From contig CAZQLY010000005.1 of assembly GCA_964594455.1 (NCBI GenBank), positions 1,682-65,681 on the forward strand: a DNA stretch of 64,000 bases, given 5' to 3'. Source of the stretch: an uncultured Gammaproteobacteria bacterium. GTDB taxonomy: Bacteria > Patescibacteriota > Patescibacteriia > JAHIZJ01. Below are positions 39,855-48,554 of the stretch, piece by piece. The notes under the pieces were generated by a model. The model saw nothing but the letters and a program-made list of their open reading frames with translations, was not told the DNA's origin and searched no databases. The first letter of the stretch is position 1; each line of letters begins with the position of its first letter. The position numbers were made by a program, and so were the translations under genes.

Positions 39855-40098
39855 ATCAGAAAAGATAAAAGCCGGTCTGGTTGTCTTGCAACCTGGTGAA
39901 GAAGTGGGCAAACACCGCACGGAAAATTGTGAAGAAATTATTGTAGTGATCGAAGGAACGGCAGTGGCTCTGGTCAACGACCAAGAGACAACAATTTCAC
40001 AACACGAAACCCACTATGTCCCAAAAAATATTCCGCACAACATTTTTAACAGGACCGACAAGATCTTAAAATATTACTATATAGTATCATTACACTAA
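39814..40098 (+). CDS. Cupin domain protein
   Basis: LQPGEEVGKH....EE...VIEG and VPKNIPHNIFN motifs. Confidence 0.85.
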   Translation: MDLNQTRSIIKPPKSEKIKAGLVVLQPGEEVGKHRTENCEEIIVVIEGTAVALVNDQETTISQHETHYVPKNIPHNIFNRTDKILKYYYIVSLH

Positions 40099-40099
40099 C

Positions 40100-40435
40100 A
40101 TGTCACCACGACCATACAAATTAAGGCATGTTCGCCATCAACCAGGCGCCACCTATTATAAACCTCGTGGCATACCCATGCGCCAGTTGGAAGAGGTGAT
40201 CCTAACTATTGATGAAAACGAGGCCATCAGGCTGAAAAACTTGGAAGGTCTGGACCAAACAGATTGTGCGGCAAAGATGAAAGTCTCTCAGAGTACTTTT
40301 CAGCGAATCTTGGTTTCTGCCAACAAAAAAATCGCTGATGCGCTAACAAACGGCAAAGCGATAAAAATAGAGGGTGGAAACATTAAATTACCGAGAGGCT
40401 TTGGGCGCCGACATCGGCACCGTGGCTGGCAATAA
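40100..40435 (+). CDS. DUF134 family DNA-binding protein
   Basis: MSPRP, YYKPRG, EAIRL....LDQ..CA..MKVSQSTFQRIL..A.KKIADAL..GKAIKIEGG. Confidence 0.92.
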   Translation: MSPRPYKLRHVRHQPGATYYKPRGIPMRQLEEVILTIDENEAIRLKNLEGLDQTDCAAKMKVSQSTFQRILVSANKKIADALTNGKAIKIEGGNIKLPRGFGRRHRHRGWQ

Positions 40436-40443
40436 ACAGTCTC

Positions 40444-40518
40444 TGGTGACCCCACGGGGAGTCGAACCCCGATTGCCAGGTTGAGAACCTGGTGTCCTAA
40501 CCATTAGACGATGGGGCC
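40444..40518 (-). tRNA. tRNA-Glu(CUC)
   Basis: GGCCCCA TC GTC TAATGGTTAG GAC A CCAGG TTCTCAA CCTGG CAAT CGGGG TTCGACT CCCCG TGGGGTC A CCA. Confidence 0.96.
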
Positions 40519-40568
40519 ATGATTAGGGCTTTAATATTCTCTATATCTTTGTGTTTCTAAATCCAAGC

Positions 40569-40670
40569 GTGTCCTAACCCGCCTCGCCCGACTTGCGCGA
40601 GCGAGTCGAGGCGGGCCCAGCCTCGACTTGCCGTCTTGGCGAGGCAGGCCATTAGACGATGGGGCCATGA
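40569..40670 (-). pseudogene. Duplicated 5' fragment of tRNA-Glu (4-nt leader + nt 1-27) interrupted by two hairpin elements
   Basis: TCATGGCCCCATCGTCTAATGG[inserts]TTAGGACAC is identical to the start of the intact gene. Confidence 0.88.
40578..40648 (-). repeat. Two tandem hairpin elements of the CCCGCCTCG family (40578-40615, 40617-40648)
   Basis: 38-bp CCCGCCTCG...CGAGGCGGG element, plus a 32-bp element 29/32 identical to 56798-56829 in tRNA-sense orientation. Confidence 0.9.
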
Positions 40671-40682
40671 ATAACTTGACTC

Positions 40683-40711
40683 AGTGTATTGTAATTTGGG
40701 CTAAACGTCAA
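40683..40711 (-). promoter_or_regulatory. Sigma70 promoter of the tRNA-Glu locus
   Basis: TTGACG-N17-TACACT upstream of the disrupted 5' copy. Confidence 0.7.
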
Positions 40712-40715
40712 TACT

Positions 40716-41744
40716 CTATTTCTTGGCTTTTAACTTTCTTCCTACATAAGCCGTCATATCGGCCAGACGGACTGAATAAGCCCACTCATTATCATACCAG
40801 GCTACCACTTTTACCAAATCGCCATCAATTACTTTGGTCAGCTCTAGATCAACAATACCGGAAAAAGAATTGCCAATATAGTCTGAGGAAACCAATGGTT
40901 CATCTGAGACGCCCATAATGCCTTTGTATTTGGGATTCTTTGAGGCATTAACTATGGTTTTATTCACTTCTTCTACTGTAACCTTTTTCTTTAACAGCAT
41001 GGTGAAATCTGATATGGAAACAACGGGCGTTGGAACACGGATTGCCATACCGTCAAAATGGTTTTTTAATTCTGGAATAGCTTCGGTCACGGCTATAGCT
41101 GCACCTGTACTGGTTGGCACAATACTCTCGGCTGCTCCCCTAGCCCGACGTAAATCCTTGTGCGGTCCGTCCTGAAGGTTCTGATCAGCCGTATATGAGT
41201 GCACTGTGGTCATGAAAGATTTCTTAACACCATATTTATCATTTAGCACTTGGATCACCGGCGCTATACAATTTGTGGTGCATGAACCCATATTGATCAC
41301 CGGCTCGCCTTTGTATTTTTTTTCATTAACTCCCAACAAAAGTGTGGGGACTCCTTGGCCTTTGGCTGGAGCTGAAATAATTACTTGCTTGGCGCCAGCC
41401 TTAATGTGCTGGGCTGCTTCTTCTTTGGTCCTGAACCTTCCAGTACATTCCAGCACTACATCTACTCTCAAGCGTTTCCAGGGCAGCTTAGCCGGTTCTT
41501 TGATGGCATACACTCTAATCGACTTACCATCTATTACTAAATTGTCTTTTCTGGCCTTGACTGTCTTGTTATACAAACGATAACTGGTATCGTGCTGTAA
41601 TAAATGAGCCAAGGTGGCTGGATCTGTTAAATCATTGATAGCAACAACTTGAACATTGTTCTTTTCCATCAAGGCTTTAAAGGTGGTGCGGCCAATCCGG
41701 CCAAAGCCATTGATGGCTACTCTGACTGGTTGTGTTTTTTTCAT
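40716..41744 (-). CDS. gap: Glyceraldehyde-3-phosphate dehydrogenase (type I)
   Basis: INGFGRIGR, GSCTTNC and WYDNEW motifs. Confidence 0.98.
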   Translation of the reverse strand: MKKTQPVRVAINGFGRIGRTTFKALMEKNNVQVVAINDLTDPATLAHLLQHDTSYRLYNKTVKARKDNLVIDGKSIRVYAIKEPAKLPWKRLRVDVVLECTGRFRTKEEAAQHIKAGAKQVIISAPAKGQGVPTLLLGVNEKKYKGEPVINMGSCTTNCIAPVIQVLNDKYGVKKSFMTTVHSYTADQNLQDGPHKDLRRARGAAESIVPTSTGAAIAVTEAIPELKNHFDGMAIRVPTPVVSISDFTMLLKKKVTVEEVNKTIVNASKNPKYKGIMGVSDEPLVSSDYIGNSFSGIVDLELTKVIDGDLVKVVAWYDNEWAYSVRLADMTAYVGRKLKAKK

Positions 41745-41782
41745 ATCAATTCGTCAATTATTATTTAGTCGATATTTCATAA

Positions 41783-42298
41783 TTAATCTGGACAGCGCGT
41801 GGACCACACGTATGTAGCATCTCCCAAGCCAAAGTTTACCAAACCCATATTGCAATTATCCTCTTGGGGAATTCCCTCTTCCATATTTTCCTCTAACAAG
41901 AAAAAAAGTACATAATCGTGGTGCTGGCCTCCTTGGTCATTAATATCATCGGCATAGATATAAACATCATAATCCTCGTGATAGTGTCCTCTGGGATCTT
42001 CGGGCAGTGGTGTAATAAAATCTGATAAGGGTCTAACCGGTAAGCCCCAGGATGGATCGGCAGTAACACATACTGAGTAGCCATTGTAGTCATCACAACC
42101 GTCAAATGGATATAGTCCTGTCTGGTCAAAATATAAATATAGTGCCGTTTGAAGAGTGGCAATATCTGCTCTTCTCTTGGCGTCCCTGGCTTCACGACGG
42201 CTATTATTCAACATTATTAGAGCTAAGGTGGATAACAAACTTATAATGGCTATGACTACCAGCAGTTCTATCAATGTGAAGCCTTTATCTCTTTTCAT
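41783..42298 (-). CDS. Type IV pilin/pseudopilin
   Basis: Prepilin motif KG|FTLIELLVVIAII; ARDAKRRADI; C-terminal Cys pair. Confidence 0.92.
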   Translation of the reverse strand: MKRDKGFTLIELLVVIAIISLLSTLALIMLNNSRREARDAKRRADIATLQTALYLYFDQTGLYPFDGCDDYNGYSVCVTADPSWGLPVRPLSDFITPLPEDPRGHYHEDYDVYIYADDINDQGGQHHDYVLFFLLEENMEEGIPQEDNCNMGLVNFGLGDATYVWSTRCPD

Positions 42299-42309
42299 AT
42301 TTATTACTA

Positions 42310-42810
42310 CTAATTACATCTGGTAGACCAAATTCTTGGCGGATCCGGCGGAAACAGGTCTTGAGGCCCTTCACCACATTTATCATCCTGGGGCGGCACT
42401 TCTAATCTGAAAAAGACTGTATAATGTTGGTACTCCGGTGCATCAGAATAATATATATATTGGTCAAAATTCTCATTGGAATGTCCACCTGGATCTTCGG
42501 GCGGAGGCGAGGTATAGCCCTCCAGGTGGGGTATCCAATAGGGATCGCCGGCGGCAGTACTGGAAAGACAAACCCATTTACCGTTCTGCTGCTGGCAATT
42601 GCTGGGAGGGTAATTTCCATTTTGATCATAAAACAATTCAAAAACAGTTTGCATTATTGCCACGTCAGCCATGCGCTTACCATCGCGTGCCTTCTTTCGC
42701 GTATCTGTTAACGCGATTATTGCCAAAGTGGATAATAATCCAATTATCGCAATAACTACCAGCAGCTCTATCAGGGTGAAGCCAAATATGTTTTTTTTGC
42801 TCAGAGCCAT
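42310..42810 (-). CDS. Type IV pilin/pseudopilin
   Basis: FG|FTLIELLVVIAIIGLL; ARDGKRMADV; paralog of the adjacent pilin (both end WSTRC). Confidence 0.92.
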   Translation of the reverse strand: MALSKKNIFGFTLIELLVVIAIIGLLSTLAIIALTDTRKKARDGKRMADVAIMQTVFELFYDQNGNYPPSNCQQQNGKWVCLSSTAAGDPYWIPHLEGYTSPPPEDPGGHSNENFDQYIYYSDAPEYQHYTVFFRLEVPPQDDKCGEGPQDLFPPDPPRIWSTRCN

Positions 42811-42812
42811 AG

Positions 42813-43667
42813 TTATATTTTATTAGCAGAGCCTAATACTTTTATTTTTTCTTTAGCCATTTCTTTGATGGCCTCTATTGTCGGTGTCATGAGAGCCCGA
42901 GGTCCGGTTATTTTTTTACTCGTTTTCAGAGTCTTCTTTATCGAATCTACAAAAGTTGTCTTAGTCTCGGTACCAATATTGACTTTAGTCATACCGGCTT
43001 TTATTGCCTTCCCTATTTCAGCATCAGGCAGGCCAGAAGCTCCGTGTAAAACTAATGGAATATCTACTTTTTCCCGAACTTTTTTCAGCAGATCAAAGTG
43101 TATTTTCTCATTTTTAAACTTCCCATGTACGGTGCCCAATGCCGCTGCCAGCATATCAACATCAGTCTGTTCAACGAATTCTTCAACCTCTTCCGGTTGA
43201 ACCAAAGGAATTTTGCCCTTGAAAACTCCGGTCTCTCCGTGACCACCATAGATGGCACCTAATTCACCCTCTACCCATATCTTTTTCTGATGGGCGTAAC
43301 GAACTACCTTTCTGCTAAGCTCGACATTTTTTTCAAACGGAAAAGAAGATCCATCGATTTGAATCGAAGAAAAGCCTTCGTCAATACAGGTCTTGGCCGA
43401 CTCAAAACTACGGCCGTGATCTAGATGCAAGGCTATAGGTACACTTACAGCCTGGTTTTCCGCTATTGTCTTTATGATTTCAGAAATGGTCTGCCGTCCA
43501 GCAAAAGAAATAGTAAATTCGGACACCCCGATAATAACTGGGGAACGCATTTCTACGGCCGCTTGAGCTACCGCTAAAGCTGTTTCCAGATTATAGACAA
43601 TAAAACAACCAATACCGTATCCCTCTTTATAGGCTTTTTGGATAATGAAGTCTGTCTTAATCAGCAT
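42813..43667 (-). CDS. fba: Class II fructose-bisphosphate aldolase
   Basis: LHLDHG, GFSSIQIDGS, EGELG, GTVHG, LVLHGASG and KVNIGT motifs. Confidence 0.93.
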   Translation of the reverse strand: MLIKTDFIIQKAYKEGYGIGCFIVYNLETALAVAQAAVEMRSPVIIGVSEFTISFAGRQTISEIIKTIAENQAVSVPIALHLDHGRSFESAKTCIDEGFSSIQIDGSSFPFEKNVELSRKVVRYAHQKKIWVEGELGAIYGGHGETGVFKGKIPLVQPEEVEEFVEQTDVDMLAAALGTVHGKFKNEKIHFDLLKKVREKVDIPLVLHGASGLPDAEIGKAIKAGMTKVNIGTETKTTFVDSIKKTLKTSKKITGPRALMTPTIEAIKEMAKEKIKVLGSANKI

Positions 43668-43669
43668 GT

Positions 43670-44431
43670 TTAAGTTGATGATTTTATTATTTTGGTAAAT
43701 TTTTCTACATCTAGACTGGCCGCTCCGACTAAGGCGCCTTCAACTCTGGGTATTTTTAAATAGTCCTTCACATTGCCGCCATCAACGCTACCGCCGTATA
43801 TGATGCGAATATTTTCTTCCACCAGGTTCTGGGGCAGCATGTCTATTAACGCCTGATATATCAAATCAACCATCGGGGCTACTTGCTCAGGAGTAGCTGG
43901 ACCGTTCGGGCTGATTGCCCAAACTGGCTCATACGTAACAATTATGGGAATTTCTCCGGACACCTGTTTGAGAGCTGTTTTTAACTGATTCAAGACCACT
44001 AATTCACTTTTGCCACTGGATCGCTGATCATAAGTTTCTCCTATGCACAAAATGGGCGTCACTCCTTCAATAAGAAGATTGTGAAGTTTTTTGTTGACCA
44101 TGTCATCAGTCTCTTTTAGGCTACGGCGTCTTTCAGAATGACCAATGATACAATATTCAGCTCCGGCTTCTTTGATCATCATGGCCGACACCTCACCAGT
44201 TAGAGCGCCCTGTTTTTCTACAGCCACATCCTGGGCCCCAAGTTTTACTGGGAATTTTCTTAACTGTTCGTCCACCTGACAAAGACCAACATGACTGGGG
44301 CACAATACAACGTCAACTTTGTTAGAATATTTTCCCTGCGCTTTAACAACCTGTCTAGCCAAACCAGCCTCTTCCTCGGGCAGCAGGTTCATCTTCCAGT
44401 TAGCTATAATTATGTTGTTTCTTTTTATCAT
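43670..44431 (-). CDS. tpiA: Triosephosphate isomerase
   Basis: ANWKMN, GHSERR, YEPVWAI and YGGSV motifs. Confidence 0.97.
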   Translation of the reverse strand: MIKRNNIIIANWKMNLLPEEEAGLARQVVKAQGKYSNKVDVVLCPSHVGLCQVDEQLRKFPVKLGAQDVAVEKQGALTGEVSAMMIKEAGAEYCIIGHSERRRSLKETDDMVNKKLHNLLIEGVTPILCIGETYDQRSSGKSELVVLNQLKTALKQVSGEIPIIVTYEPVWAISPNGPATPEQVAPMVDLIYQALIDMLPQNLVEENIRIIYGGSVDGGNVKDYLKIPRVEGALVGAASLDVEKFTKIIKSST

Positions 44432-44926
44432 TTAAAAAATGTTACTTACTCCTAAAGTTATTATCGTCATTATCAGGCCGGCAATAACTACTCCAATTGA
44501 TATTAACGGTAGGGATTTCTTGGGTGGTATACCAAACACAAAGGCCGCTACGCTTCCAGTCCATCCTCCAGTGATCGGCAAAGGTATGGCCACAAAGGAT
44601 ATCAGGGCCAGGGCACCATATTTTTCAAACTTTCTGGAATGCTGACGTCTGGTTCTTTCGAACAGCCAGGTGAAAAACCGGTTAAAAAAATAGAATCGTT
44701 TCATCAACCAACGAGAACCTGAATTCAGGCCCCAAACCAATATCACTACTGGAATCATGTTTCCGATAACTGCATAAACAAAGGTGGTGACAACTGACAG
44801 GTCAAACACTGTTAAACCCACTGGGATAGCAGCACGTAGTTCAGCTATTGGTAATGTGGAAATGAGCAAAACCGCTAATTCGGGCGAAAGGCCGCTAAAA
44901 ACTTGTGCCCAATCTATATCAAACAT
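44432..44926 (-). CDS. Small multi-drug export family membrane protein (COG2426)
   Basis: LPIAELRAAIP and FVAIPLPITGGWTGS motifs. Confidence 0.9.
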   Translation of the reverse strand: MFDIDWAQVFSGLSPELAVLLISTLPIAELRAAIPVGLTVFDLSVVTTFVYAVIGNMIPVVILVWGLNSGSRWLMKRFYFFNRFFTWLFERTRRQHSRKFEKYGALALISFVAIPLPITGGWTGSVAAFVFGIPPKKSLPLISIGVVIAGLIMTIITLGVSNIF

Positions 44927-44946
44927 ACCATATTTTCCTAATATTT

Positions 44947-45879
44947 TTAATCATTATCCCAACTCCAGTTCTCAAATCCCCAGGTTAATAAGCCCTTAGT
45001 TTCTTGGAACCGGTCTTCGGCACTGGATGCTCCCAATACAACAGAAACTATTTGGTGACCCCGTCCATCATCAGTCCTAACCACTAAGCAGTTACCCGCT
45101 TCATTGGTGAAACCGGTCTTGCTGCCTGTTATTTTGATGAATGAATCAAACAACTGGTTGGTGTTGTCAATGTTGATTTTTCTTTGTCGACCAATAGTTT
45201 GAAAAGTATAATCAGCCTGTCTGGAGACTTCTTCAATAAATGAATTGTTAAACGCAAAACTGGCCAGACGGGCAATTTCATAAGCTGTAGAAACATTGTT
45301 CGTGCTTAATCCGGTAACATCATCAAATGAAGTTTGGGTTAGCCCTAGATCCTTAGCTCGCTGGTTCATTTCTGACAAAAAATCCTCCCGTGATAGGCCA
45401 GATAATCTAGCCAAAGCTTCTGTGGCATTGTTAGCAGAGCCTACCAAGCTGGCATTAAATAAATCCCAGACCGTCAGACGTTCCCCTTCCCGTAAATCTA
45501 AATTACCGCCCGGAACCTGGTCAGCCTCAATAATTTCTGCTTCCGAATTGAACCCCGGGTTATGATCCAAAAAAACCAGCGCCGTCATCAGCTTGGTGAT
45601 GCTGGCAATCGGTCTGACTTCATTAGGGTTTTTTTGAAATAAAATCGTTAGACTGTCGGGATCATATAACACTGTAGAGCCCGCAGTGGTTTCAATGCCT
45701 AGACTGTCAGTAATTTTCTGAGGTGCTGATGACTGGTATATCAGCGAGGAAGTTCGTTGCTCAACCACCACACTCACTTGGTTATCGCTGGAAATCTCAT
45801 AGGTCAAAGGGTTAACAATCCAGGCTGATGGAATCAGCTGAGATAAGACTAATATTCCAATGATAAGTGAGTGGTTCAT
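44947..45879 (-). CDS. D-alanyl-D-alanine carboxypeptidase/endopeptidase (peptidase S11)
   Basis: ASITK (SxxK), SAN (SxN) and KTGFT motifs. Confidence 0.92.
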   Translation of the reverse strand: MNHSLIIGILVLSQLIPSAWIVNPLTYEISSDNQVSVVVEQRTSSLIYQSSAPQKITDSLGIETTAGSTVLYDPDSLTILFQKNPNEVRPIASITKLMTALVFLDHNPGFNSEAEIIEADQVPGGNLDLREGERLTVWDLFNASLVGSANNATEALARLSGLSREDFLSEMNQRAKDLGLTQTSFDDVTGLSTNNVSTAYEIARLASFAFNNSFIEEVSRQADYTFQTIGRQRKINIDNTNQLFDSFIKITGSKTGFTNEAGNCLVVRTDDGRGHQIVSVVLGASSAEDRFQETKGLLTWGFENWSWDND

Positions 45880-46457
45880 TGTTGCTCTTTTGTTTCCTCT
45901 CCCTCTTCCTCGGGATTAAGTTCTAATACTTTTTCCAAGGTCACGTGCTGAGAAAGTTTTTCATAATCTGGAAGCTCATTGACGCTATTGACTCCCAAGT
46001 AACGGACGAAATCAAAAGTCGCGCTGTAAAAAGTCTGCATTTTTTCTTTGTCCTCTTGCATTTCTACTAATCCTTTAATCATGAGATTGCGCAAAATCAA
46101 GCTACAGTTTACGCCCCTGATCTGCTCTAAATCACTCTTGGTGATGGGTCCACGATAAACAATGATAGTCAGCGTCTCTAGAGCGGGCTTGGTCAGATCA
46201 CCAAATTGTTCGTCCTTAAGATAGCTTTCAACCACCTTGCGGCAATCCGGATGACTCATGAACTGGATCTTTGAGTTGTGGGTAACTAGCTGGATTCCCC
46301 TGTTTTGATCGTTATAATCTTTGCGCAAATCGGCTACCGCGTCTTTGACGGCTTCCGTTTCCGCCTGGAGAAGTTCAGCGATTTTGCTGTAGCTGAGCGG
46401 TTTGGTAGCTACAAATAGTAAGCCCTCCAGTTTATTCTTCAGTGACTGGTTCGTCAT
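45876..46457 (-). CDS. scpB: SMC-Scp complex subunit ScpB
   Basis: LEGLLF, ALETLTIIVYRGPITK and IRGVN motifs. Confidence 0.95.
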   Translation of the reverse strand: MTNQSLKNKLEGLLFVATKPLSYSKIAELLQAETEAVKDAVADLRKDYNDQNRGIQLVTHNSKIQFMSHPDCRKVVESYLKDEQFGDLTKPALETLTIIVYRGPITKSDLEQIRGVNCSLILRNLMIKGLVEMQEDKEKMQTFYSATFDFVRYLGVNSVNELPDYEKLSQHVTLEKVLELNPEEEGEETKEQQ

Positions 46458-47142
46458 ACACTTTGATAGTTATATCTTTAAAAATATTCTCTTGGACTAC
46501 CACAATGCTTTCTTGCTTGATTAATTCCAGCAATGCCAGAAAAGTCACGATAATATCAGTCTTTGATTCAGCAGCATCAAGCAAAGTGCGAAAATTGGTT
46601 TGGGGGTTGGCATAAATCAAATTGCGTATCTGGTCAATTTTTTCCTGGATAGAAACCGTACGTTCAATCACATCTTCCGGCACACTGACTAGAGGCTCCA
46701 ATTTCTGGAGTAGAGACAGCATCATCTTGTGCAAGTCCTTCATGTCAAGATTGGGCGGTGGGCTGAAAATCGGTTCCATAAACGACCGACTGGCTTCCCG
46801 AACGTAAGAAAACCTTCTTTTTCTGATCATTTTATGGATATTTTTTGAAGCTTCTAAATACTCTTTGTAAATCTTGAGCTGCTTCTCTAGATCTATTTCC
46901 TCTTCTTCCGGTCCTAGCATTGGTAAGAGAGCTTTTGATTTAATCAAAAGCAGTTTGGCAGCTACAACCAAGAAATCTGCCAGCTCTTCGGCATTTATAT
47001 TCCGCAACGTATCTAAGTAAACTAAGTATTGATCCGTTACTTTTGCTAGAGAAACCGTAGTAATGTCTAGTTTTTCTTCCTCAATCAGTCTGAGTAAGAG
47101 GTCTAATGGTCCTTCAAATTGCTCAAGTTTTATCTTATACAT
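46432..47142 (-). CDS. scpA: Segregation/condensation protein A
   Basis: FEGPLDLLL, AAKLLLIKS and TFLALLEL motifs. Confidence 0.95.
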   Translation of the reverse strand: MYKIKLEQFEGPLDLLLRLIEEEKLDITTVSLAKVTDQYLVYLDTLRNINAEELADFLVVAAKLLLIKSKALLPMLGPEEEEIDLEKQLKIYKEYLEASKNIHKMIRKRRFSYVREASRSFMEPIFSPPPNLDMKDLHKMMLSLLQKLEPLVSVPEDVIERTVSIQEKIDQIRNLIYANPQTNFRTLLDAAESKTDIIVTFLALLELIKQESIVVVQENIFKDITIKVYDEPVTEE

Positions 47143-47159
47143 CCGATGTTTTTTTATAT

Positions 47160-47627
47160 TTACTTTTTCTTAGAAATTGAACCCACAATTGGTGATTCGA
47201 CTTTTATCAAGCTGGCAGGAGTTATTTTAATCGATTCTTCAAAACTGCCCGAACCAACTAGAATCTTTTTTTGTTTTTTCAGGGCAGCATCCAAATAAAC
47301 TGGAAGTTTGTAGAGCTGGCCAAAGGGAGTAATAGCACCAGGTTTTATCTTCAATTTTGTTTTCATCACATTTTCTTTGAGGATAGATATTTTTTTAGCT
47401 TTAGCTAATTTTTTTAATTTTCCAAAATCTAGCTTAGCAGAAGCGGGCAGAACCGTTAAAGCCAATCCAGTGTCTACTTTGACTAACAAAGTTTTGGCAA
47501 TCTCTGGCAGTTTCATTTTAAGAGTCTGGGCCAGGTCATAAGCCGTAAAAACAGTCTTGTGCTCAACCGTTTCATATTTAACTTTGTTTTTGTCTAAATA
47601 ACTTAGAGTTTTTTTAGGAATGGCCAT
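47160..47627 (-). CDS. YbaK/EbsC (aminoacyl-tRNA deacylase) family protein
   Basis: AKTLLVK and PGAITPFG motifs. Confidence 0.88.
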   Translation of the reverse strand: MAIPKKTLSYLDKNKVKYETVEHKTVFTAYDLAQTLKMKLPEIAKTLLVKVDTGLALTVLPASAKLDFGKLKKLAKAKKISILKENVMKTKLKIKPGAITPFGQLYKLPVYLDAALKKQKKILVGSGSFEESIKITPASLIKVESPIVGSISKKK

Positions 47628-47645
47628 GGGTTTATATTTAAATTA

Positions 47646-47993
47646 TTATTTTTTGCGCGTTGTTTTACTAGTGGCTGTCTTGACTGCTTCAGCTATTTGA
47701 TAAATATCCATTTTTATCCCACCGACCCAATCAGACCAAAGGTTGTAAATTAGGGCCACTAATCCGCCGATGACAAAACCCATGATAAATCCGCCACCAG
47801 CCATGAAGGGAATCATCACCAGAAAAGCACCCGCACTACTAGACACGCTAAAGGGCATTAAGTCATTTATGGCTAAGCCCGTCGGTACAATAATAAACAT
47901 GAAAAACAGCAGCATGATTAAATAAATAGAACCGACAATAAATCCCGTCATCAGAGCCAGTGGCATTACGTGGAGTTTTTTGATCTCGTACAT
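47646..47993 (-). CDS. Small membrane protein (DUF3566-like)
   Basis: Two TMs; ALIYNL....VGGI motif. Confidence 0.65.
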   Translation of the reverse strand: MYEIKKLHVMPLALMTGFIVGSIYLIMLLFFMFIIVPTGLAINDLMPFSVSSSAGAFLVMIPFMAGGGFIMGFVIGGLVALIYNLWSDWVGGIKMDIYQIAEAVKTATSKTTRKK

Positions 47994-48005
47994 AATTATT
48001 TTGTA

Positions 48006-48554
48006 TTACTGATCTGTTAGTTGTTTTTTCTTTTGTAGGAATAATACCAGTCCGGTCAAAACCACAACCAAAGCGAAAAACACAATGTAAATGCCGAGCG
48101 TCTTCTGCTGCACTACCAAGAAGGATCCTAGCTCGATCACTAGATGTAGCAAAATCCAGAAAGCGAATATCAGATAAGCCCAGGTTAAGCCTCGATAATA
48201 TGATTGGGGACTTTTCTTCAAATGAGTAAAAAAGTAAAGGATCACTGCACCCAGCAACACCGGCAGAGTAAAGGCCGTGTGGAGCAATAGCTCATATAAA
48301 CGATAGCTACCCGAATCACACTGCGTACCGGAATACAAACTCTGAAGATTGTCATACATTAATAATGGCTCGTAATAACTGCCACGACAGCTGCCATATT
48401 CTGGGTTAAACGATTTGTTCAAATCGGTAAATACTCTTTCGCCAAACAATACTAAGACTATAGTAAGAATTACAATTAATAATACCACTATGGGTAAGGT
48501 GTGGCGTTTTTTTGAAGACGCGATAGGAGCGTTTGCTAATACGTTATTGGCCAT
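48006..48554 (-). CDS. Four-TM membrane hypothetical protein
   Basis: Hydrophobic segments; extracytoplasmic Cys pair; overlaps the upstream gene's stop. Confidence 0.7.
   Translation of the reverse strand: MANNVLANAPIASSKKRHTLPIVVLLIVILTIVLVLFGERVFTDLNKSFNPEYGSCRGSYYEPLLMYDNLQSLYSGTQCDSGSYRLYELLLHTAFTLPVLLGAVILYFFTHLKKSPQSYYRGLTWAYLIFAFWILLHLVIELGSFLVVQQKTLGIYIVFFALVVVLTGLVLFLQKKKQLTDQ

Noticed and set aside
41783-42810. Pilin pair as DGR template/variable repeats
   Set aside because: Divergence is not adenine-specific, both are full genes, and no reverse transcriptase is in the window.
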